IMG/VR virus record: IMGVR_UViG_3300047289_000009
Span: 1-35,723 of that record
Length of the DNA stretch: 35,723 nt
Source: a virus
Taxonomy: Duplodnaviria > Caudoviricetes
Direction: 5' to 3' (one strand)
The notes under the pieces are model-generated. The model was not told the DNA's origin. It worked only from the letters and a program-made list of their open reading frames with translations, and did not search any database. A program made the translations under genes and the position numbers. Below are positions 9,800-17,900 of the stretch, in pieces. The first letter of the stretch is position 1. The number at the start of each line of letters is the position of its first letter.

Positions 9800-11965
9800 A
9801 TGGCAACCGTACCAATGCTTGACGCACCATCTCAGTCGCTTGATGCGGCTCAGATGCCCAACTTCACTGCCGCTGGCGTGGAGCCAATGAAGAACTTTGC
9901 GCCAGAGCAAATGCAGAAGATGGGTTCTGGCATGACCGCTGCTGGAACAACCTTGATGAAGATTGGCCAAAGCATCCAGAACGACTTGGATGATGCCAAC
10001 ACCAAGGCGATGGTCACATCATTCAGCGCCAACGCTCAAGCCATCTTGATGGACAAGGATGCTGGCTACCTGACCACGGCTCAAGGCAAGATGGCCAAAG
10101 ACCGCTACGCATCCACGCAAGAGGCCATGCTCAAAGCTCGCAAAGATGCAGAGGCTGGCCTTGAAAATGAGTTCCAGAAGAAGATGTTCACGCAAGCCGT
10201 TGACCGTCAGATGCTGCAATTCAAAGGCCAGATGGATTTGCACGCCGTCAAAGAGGTGCGCCAGTACGAGAAGAAAGAGTCCGAAGCGTTTGTGAACAAC
10301 GCAGCAGACTTGGCCATCAAGTCGTATGGCTCACGCGACCAGAAGGATGCGACTGGCCGTGTGAACAACCTGTACACATCGAACGTGGCCACAGGATTGC
10401 AGACAATCGTGGATGACTTTGCCAAGGACGGCATCGCTGAAGACTCCGAGCAGGTCAAACAAGCCAAGCAAAAGTTCACTGGCTATGTGGCCACTGGCGC
10501 TGTCACCGACATGATGCTCAACAACAAGTTCATCGAGGCTCGCAAGTTTCTCGATGGCGCTTACAAGAGCGGTGATGTTGACAGCAAGACAGCTCAGACC
10601 CTGTACAAGCAAATCGATGCTGGCTACAACAAAGAAGTGGCCACAGGTGCTGGTGACAAAATCTTCAGCTCGCGTGGCCCAACAGGCACTGACTTTGACA
10701 GTGCGGCCAACTGGACAATGTCGAAAGATGTTGAAGGCGAATATGTCGCAGACGATGCTGGCAAAGGCCCAACAAAATACGGCATCAATGGCTCTGCGTA
10801 TTTTGGCGTTGCAGCCAAAGACATGACCGACTCGCAGAAGAATTTCATTGCCAACCTCACACCAGAGAAGGCAAAGGAAATCTATCGCAAAAACTACTGG
10901 GACAAAATCGATGCAGACAAGCTCGACCCAAGGATGCGTGCGATTGCATTCGACACCGCAGTCAACCAAGGCCCAGAGATGGCCAAGCGATTGCTTGCAG
11001 AGGCTGGCAACGACCCAGAAAAATTGATTGAGCTGCGCCGCGCAGAGTACAAGAAGCTCATCAAGAGCAACCCAGAAAAGTTCGCTCAATACGAAAAGGG
11101 CTGGATGAGCCGACTGGACAAACTGGAGGCAAGCATCACAGGCACTCGCTCGCTGTCTGGCATGCTTACTGAGGCAGACCAGATTCAAGACCCAGAAGTT
11201 CGCGAGATGACGCGCCAGCGCATCAAGAACAAGTGGAGCGAAGACGAGGCCATTAAGCGCGAAGACTACACGCAAAAAACAATGGACGCTTGGTCTTACG
11301 TTGACAAAAAAGGCGTTGGTGGATGGCGTGACATCCCAGCGCCTCTGTGGGCAGACATGAAGCCAGAAGACAAAGCTCGCTTGATGAACCCAACAAAAGC
11401 TGACGACCCAAGCACGCTGTTTGAGCTTGAGATGAATCCAGACCTGTGGAACAAGGACGACTTGGCGGCTCGCCGAGGGTTGCTGACTGAGTCCACATTC
11501 AGGAAATATTACATGCTTGGCGAAACGCCAGAGCATAAAGAAAAAATTGTCACAGCAAAGATTGATGCAACACGATTCAAAGACTTGTTGAACGATGCTG
11601 GCATGAGTGACATCGCCACACCAAAAGGCAAAGAGCGAACCGAAGAGGCTGTGAAGCTCAAGGTGATGATTCAAGATGCAATCATTCAAGAGCAAAAAAT
11701 CAAGAAGCGTGATTTGCAGCAATCAGAAAAAGACGAAATCATCAAGATGATGATTAAGCCTGTGAAGATTCGCGCATTGCACAACTGGATGCCATCTGGC
11801 TGGGACTCGACAACCGATGAAGTGAACTTCTACAAAGTCAAAAACTCCAGCAACGTCATCATCCCTGAAAAGACAAGAGACAAAATCATTGCCGACTTTC
11901 AAAAGAACGGCGTTGCTGTTAATGAGAAATCAGTTCTTGCTGCCTACTTGAGAATGGAAAATTAA
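9800..11965 (+). CDS. Ejection protein (gp15-like) with an internal GH108 lysozyme domain
   Basis: About 10691-11130 encodes VEGEYVADDAGKGPTKYGI...AKEIYRKNYWD...AFDTAVNQG...GWMSRL, the GH108 plus peptidoglycan-binding signature. Confidence 0.8.
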   Translation: MATVPMLDAPSQSLDAAQMPNFTAAGVEPMKNFAPEQMQKMGSGMTAAGTTLMKIGQSIQNDLDDANTKAMVTSFSANAQAILMDKDAGYLTTAQGKMAKDRYASTQEAMLKARKDAEAGLENEFQKKMFTQAVDRQMLQFKGQMDLHAVKEVRQYEKKESEAFVNNAADLAIKSYGSRDQKDATGRVNNLYTSNVATGLQTIVDDFAKDGIAEDSEQVKQAKQKFTGYVATGAVTDMMLNNKFIEARKFLDGAYKSGDVDSKTAQTLYKQIDAGYNKEVATGAGDKIFSSRGPTGTDFDSAANWTMSKDVEGEYVADDAGKGPTKYGINGSAYFGVAAKDMTDSQKNFIANLTPEKAKEIYRKNYWDKIDADKLDPRMRAIAFDTAVNQGPEMAKRLLAEAGNDPEKLIELRRAEYKKLIKSNPEKFAQYEKGWMSRLDKLEASITGTRSLSGMLTEADQIQDPEVREMTRQRIKNKWSEDEAIKREDYTQKTMDAWSYVDKKGVGGWRDIPAPLWADMKPEDKARLMNPTKADDPSTLFELEMNPDLWNKDDLAARRGLLTESTFRKYYMLGETPEHKEKIVTAKIDATRFKDLLNDAGMSDIATPKGKERTEEAVKLKVMIQDAIIQEQKIKKRDLQQSEKDEIIKMMIKPVKIRALHNWMPSGWDSTTDEVNFYKVKNSSNVIIPEKTRDKIIADFQKNGVAVNEKSVLAAYLRMEN

Positions 11966-11966
11966 A

Positions 11967-14900
11967 ATGAGCGCTTATGACGACTACATCCAGCAACTGA
12001 AAAAAGAGCAAGACCGAAGCAGGATGCTGTCTGCATCGCTGAGTGAAGCGGTGGACACAAATCCAAACGAGTTTGCAGAGATGAAGCGTTTGTCGCGTGC
12101 GGCAGATGTCAACATGGAGATGTTGCCTGAGTTCCGCACTGAGGCTAAGACCATCAAGACATTGCAAGATGCTGGCGGCTCTGACTGGTTGTGGAAGACC
12201 GCGCCAAAGACTTCTGCTTTCATGGTGAACCCAGACAACTCAAAGCTGGCTCACGATGACATCAACAACTTGGCCAACATTGAGCGCACATTCACTGGCA
12301 CGCTTGGTGACGTTGGTATCACAGCGCTGAAGGGTGCTGTTGGTCTGCCTCAGTCTTTTGTTGGCTTGGCTGATATTGCCACTGGCGGCTACGTTGGCAA
12401 AGGTCTTGAAAGCGCTGGCTTTAAGTTCAATGAGACTCAAAAGATTCTCAGTGAGATGTACTCACCAGCTCAACGTGCGGCGCAGCAACGTGTCGAAAAT
12501 GCACAAGGCTTCTTTGGAACTATTGGCGCAGCGCTTGAAAATCCAAGCGTGATTGCCACAACAGTCGGTGAGTCGTTGCCTCAGATGCTTGGCGGCGCAT
12601 ACCTGTCACGACAGATTCTGACCTATGGCGCAAAGACTCTCGGAGCTGGTGTTGCTGGCGCTGCGTTGCCATCTTTACTGACTCGCACTGTTGGCGAGAA
12701 ACTGGCTCCTGTGGTTGCTGGCGCTGCTGGCGAAGGCTTGCTTGGTGCAGGTAGTGCAGCAGAACAGATTCGCGACCAGAACGCAGACAAGCTACTGACG
12801 GCCAAGCAAGTTGCCGCATCGGTTGGCTCTGGTGTTGGCACGGCGGCATTTGGCTTTGCTGGTGGCCGTGTTGCCCAAAGGTTTGGCGTTGCCGACTTGG
12901 ACACCATGATGGCTCAAGGCGGCATCGAAGCTGCAACCGCTGGCTTCTTGAAGCAAAACTTTTTCAAGACGGTTGGCAAAGCTGGCTTGTCTGAAGGTGT
13001 GTTTGAAGAGATGCCTCAGTCTGCTCAAGAGCAGATTTGGCAGAACTTTGCAATGGGACGACCACTCGATGAGGGTGTGCCTGAAGCGGCCGCTATGGGC
13101 ATGGTTGCTGGCTTCACAACTGGTGGCGCTGCTGACACGATTGTCTACGCAAGCCAGCGCAAGAACGCAGCAGACCGCGCTGAAGCTGGTGGTGCAATCA
13201 TCGAGCAAATCAACGTACTGACTACAGACAGCAAGTTGCGCGAGCGTGATGCTGAAGCGTTTGCTGACTGGGTTGACCAAGCGTCAGAAGACAGCGCAAT
13301 CAAGAATTTTTATTTGAGCAGCGAAGTGCTGCGTCAAAATAGCCTTGGTGAAAAGCTGGCAGAGGTTGCGCCTCAACTCAAAGATGCCATCACTCAGTCA
13401 ATGGAAAACGGCAACGAGCTGCAAATCCCGATTGCCGATTACCTCAAGAGCGTTGCGCCAACCGCACTGAGCCAACAGCTTGTTGACGAGCTTCGCATTG
13501 AAGGCGAAGAGTTTACCCGCAAGCAGGGCCGTGAGTTTGTCAACGAGAAGGCTGAGACTCTCATCAAAGAGATGGAGCAACGCGCTCAGAAGCGCATGGA
13601 AGATGTCGACTTCATCAAGTCTGGCAAAGAAGTGCAGCAGGTCATGTTTGACCAAATCAAAGCCACTGGCATCTACCCAGCCAACGTGGCACGCGACCAG
13701 TCGTTCTTCCAAGCCAAGGTGTATGAGAGCCTTGCAGCTCGCTTGAACATGACACCAATGGAAGCGTACCAAGCATTCCCCAACGTCATCGCAAAAGACG
13801 AAGGCGGAATGATGGTCGAAGGCGACCAGATGTTCAACCAGCGCGGCGAGATTCAAACTGAGTCGACTGCATTCAAGGAGTTCTTCAAGGACACCAAGAT
13901 TGTCGATAAGCAAGGCAAGCCGCTGAAGATGTACCACGGCACAGCTCAGAACATTCAACAGTTCCGCGCAAAGCAAGCTGGCGCAATCTTCACCACGCCA
14001 GACCCTGAGTTTGCCGATGACTACACGGAGATGAGTAAGGACTGGATGGTCGACCACTACGATGAAATCCTGACTCGCGAGCAAGTTGCCGCAGCGATGG
14101 ATGTGGCTGGCCAACGCATTCGCGAAGAGTTTGCAAACGACCCAGACAAGGCTGAAATCCTTGAGCATGAGATGCGTGTTGGCGACAGGCTGACAAACAT
14201 CAAGGCACGCAGCATCTTCAACAAGGCGATTGCCGAGCAGATGCCGTCTGGCCCAAACATCATGCCTGTGTATGTCAATGCCACCAATCCGTTTGACTAC
14301 GAGAACCCTGACCACGTTGCGGCCGTTGTGGCTGAGATGAACAAATTCTCTGACACTTGGGGTCGTCCTCGCGGCGATGCAGCCAAGAGCTTCTTGTCGT
14401 CTGGCAACTGGGAAGAGATTGAGAAGACTCGCACGCAAGACGCAATCAAGGCGCTTGGCTTTGACGGCTTCTACATGAAAGAAGGCAAGCACAAGAACCT
14501 TGCCGTCTACAACTCAAACCAAGTCAAGTCGGTGTTCAACCAGAACCCAACTGAGTCGCCAGAAATTCTTAACCAAAGAGGTAAAAAGAAATTGGCGACT
14601 GAGGATGCGTTTGACGAAGACGCGCTGAAGCTCGAAGACCAGATTGCAGAAGCTGGTGGTGAAGTCAAAGATGTGATGCAGGTCGACCAGTTGCTCGACA
14701 GCAAAGACATTCCTGTCATCACGATGCAAGACCTCGTTGGCATGAACATCTTCCCAACGATTGCTGACCGCACCGCAGCCGCTGCTCTGTACACAGGCAT
14801 CGACTCATCGCAAATCAACTTGGCCATCCCTTTGCTTGGTGGCCCATTCTTTCCGCTGCGCCTTACCAACGCGATGTCCAACATCGTGTGGGCAAACCGT

Positions 14901-17900
14901 GGCAAAGGCGTGACATCTCAGAAGGCTGCAAAGCTCAAAGAGGGCGCGAACTACATGATGGTGTTGATGGGCGATGCAGACATGCACCAGTCCAACAGCA
15001 CTGTGGCTGCTGCATTCATCTCCACGCTTGAGGCATGGAACCGTGACGGCCGCATCACCAAGAAAAACGTCAAGGCACTTGGCGACTTGGTGAAAGATGT
15101 TGGCGCAAAAGCTGTTGCCGCATCCAAAGCAAAGATGGCCAAATCTGAGGCCGACTTGGCCGCAGCTAAAGACGATGCCGCGATTGAAAAGGCAAAGAAG
15201 GACATCGCCAAAGACAAGAAAGCGATTGCCATCAACCAGTCGGTTGAGAACTTTGTTGGCTTTGAAGACCCTGTTGCGCTGCACAAGTACATGGACAGCA
15301 TCTCATTTGACTCTCGCAAGCGAGTCCTTGAGGTGATGGCCAGTAAGCAAGCGCTTGACCTTGGCGCACCTCCAATGGCACGCATCTTGGAAGCCACGCG
15401 CGAGCCAAGTCTGGCTGGCCACCGTTGGGGTGACGGTGTCATCTTGCTTGAGGTCGACCAAGAGTCGCCACAAGTTGACCTTGGCACTGAAGGCACAACG
15501 CCTCACCCAGACTTCCCTGTTGGCATTCGTGGCCGTGTGGTTGGCAAGATGAACGCGCCAATCAACTACGAGCTGCTGTGGCAAGACTGGATGGCAGAGA
15601 ACTCAGGCAAAGCATCTCCACGCCGTGCATTTGAGTTGAGCAAGCCCATCGTCAGCGTGACTCAAGAGCTGGTTGACCGCATTGGCCCTATTGTGCAAAA
15701 GAACATTGACAGCGCCAAGCAAGCACGCCTTGCTGCTGACTTTGCTGCCGACAACTGGAAGACATCGAGCGAAGCCAAGAAGGACGGCGGCGTATCGCCT
15801 CAAGAGTTCTTGGATGCAATCGACAACTCGCCAGCCAAGAATGTGCTGGGCAAGTACACCCTGTCTGAGCTGAAGAAGGGCATCAAAGACAAGACCATGA
15901 AGGTCTACCAGCTCGGCGATGGCCAAGCGTTTTTCTTGCTCAAGACCGAGGGTGAGCGCGTCATCTTGGACACTTGGGTGGTGAACGAGCAAGGCTCAAA
16001 CGGCATTGCCGAACCAGCCATCATGCTCAAGGCGCTGCAAGAAGGCGCAACCGAGGTGAGCAGTTACGCCGTCAAGAGCGCTGAGTTTCCGCAGGGCTTC
16101 TTGCCCACGCTGTACAGCGCCTTTGGCTTCACAGAGAACGGCAAAACACAGCCTTTGGCCAAGCTAAAACTTACAAGCAAACAGCTCGCTGACACTGTAA
16201 AATACTGGACAGAGAGCAACGCAGGTTTTGACGCAGCCAATGGCATGCCAGAACTTGTCACAATGGAGTGGAAACATGGAAAAGAACAAAGAGAAGGCAT
16301 CATCGAGCGCTATCTCCAAAGCGGCTTTGCAAGCCTTTACAGCGGAGGAGTTGAAGCAAATGCCGAAGCAGCTTCGTCTGAGTTTGATGACGATAATCAG
16401 CAACAGGCTCAACAGGATGGACTTGCCAACGCCATCGAAAGAGGAATTGCAGGGTATCAAGAAAATGCTACTCAACCACTTGACGCAGCCGCAACTCAAC
16501 GAGCTGTCCAATCGATTGGCAACTTAACTGACAACGAACTCAAGAACCTTGGCCTGACTCCAGAAGACAGAGCCGCAGTTCAAAAGATTCTTGGCCAGAT
16601 GTCTGGCGTGTTGAACCAACGCGCTACACCACAAAACCTTGCAGAGAAGTCACGCACCGAGTCATCGGCCAAGACTGGCTTGCTCAACCAAACCAACCGT
16701 GGCGGCTTTGCGCCAAACACGTTGACCACCATCCTCACCAAAGAGGCTGACTACTCCACACTGCACCACGAAACCGTCCACTTTGTGGTCGAGGCATACA
16801 CGCGCATCGCTCAACAAGAGAACGCGCCAGCTCAAATCGTTGCCGACTTGGAGGCGCTCATCAAGTTTGGTGGCGTTGACACCATCGAGCAGTGGAATGG
16901 CATGAGCTTGGAAGAGCGCCGACCCGCGCAAGAAGCCATCGCCTACGCCTCTGAGATTTACTTTTTTGAAGGCAAGGCTCCAAGCGTTGAGCTTGAGTCT
17001 GTGTTTGACCGTCTGGCTCAATGGATGCGCGACATCTACACGTCAATCGTTGACGAGCTGAATGCCATGTACAAGCAAGAGTTCGGCAAAGACCTGCCCA
17101 TCTTGAATGACGAAGTGCGCTCTGTGTTTGACCGCATGCTGGCCAGCGATAAGCAAATCCAGCAAGCGCAGGAAATCCGCGACATGGTTCCAATGTTCCA
17201 GACTCAGGAAGAGTCGGGCATGGATGACGCGCAATGGCAAGCCTACAAGGTCATGTCTGACGAAGCTGACCAAGCTGGCGTGATGGACTTGACCAAGGCA
17301 TCGATGCGCCAAATCAAGTGGCTGGACAACGCACGCAGCAAGCTGCTCAAAGAGATGCAGAAGAAGACCGCAGCCCAGCGCAAGATTGTGCGCGAGCAGG
17401 TCGAGGAAGAGGTCAACAACGACCCTGTCTACATGGCCATCAACTTTCTCAAGCGCGGCGAGACAAAGGATGCTGACGGCAACCCTATCAAGGTGACGCA
17501 GGGCCACAAGCTCTCGTTGGCCGAAGTCAAAGCTCTCTACCCAGAGAGCGACACTGGCCTTGCCGCAGCACCCGACTTCACCACGCTTGGCTATGGCAAA
17601 TACGGCATGCTGGGCGAGCAGGGCATCTCGCCTGACTTGGTGGCTGGCATGTTTGGCTTTCAATCTGGTGACGCTTTGGTGCGCTCGCTGGTGGATGCCA
17701 AGCCAATCAAAGAAGAGGTCGAGGCTCGCACTGACCAGCGCATGCTTGAAGAGCATGGCGACATGTACGACCAGAAGACCGTAGACGCTGAAATTGAGAA
17801 GGCGCTACACAACCAAGCACGCGCACGTTTTGTGGCCGTAGAGCTGCGTTTCTTGGCCAAGGCAACGGCTCCTGTGCGCCTGATGCTGCAAGCCGCCAAG

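Noticed and set aside
248-14492. Long antisense ORFs (248-1207, 10331-11722, 13398-14492 and others)
   Set aside because: They mirror strongly biased sense genes, have implausible composition and lack RBSs; these are shadow ORFs.
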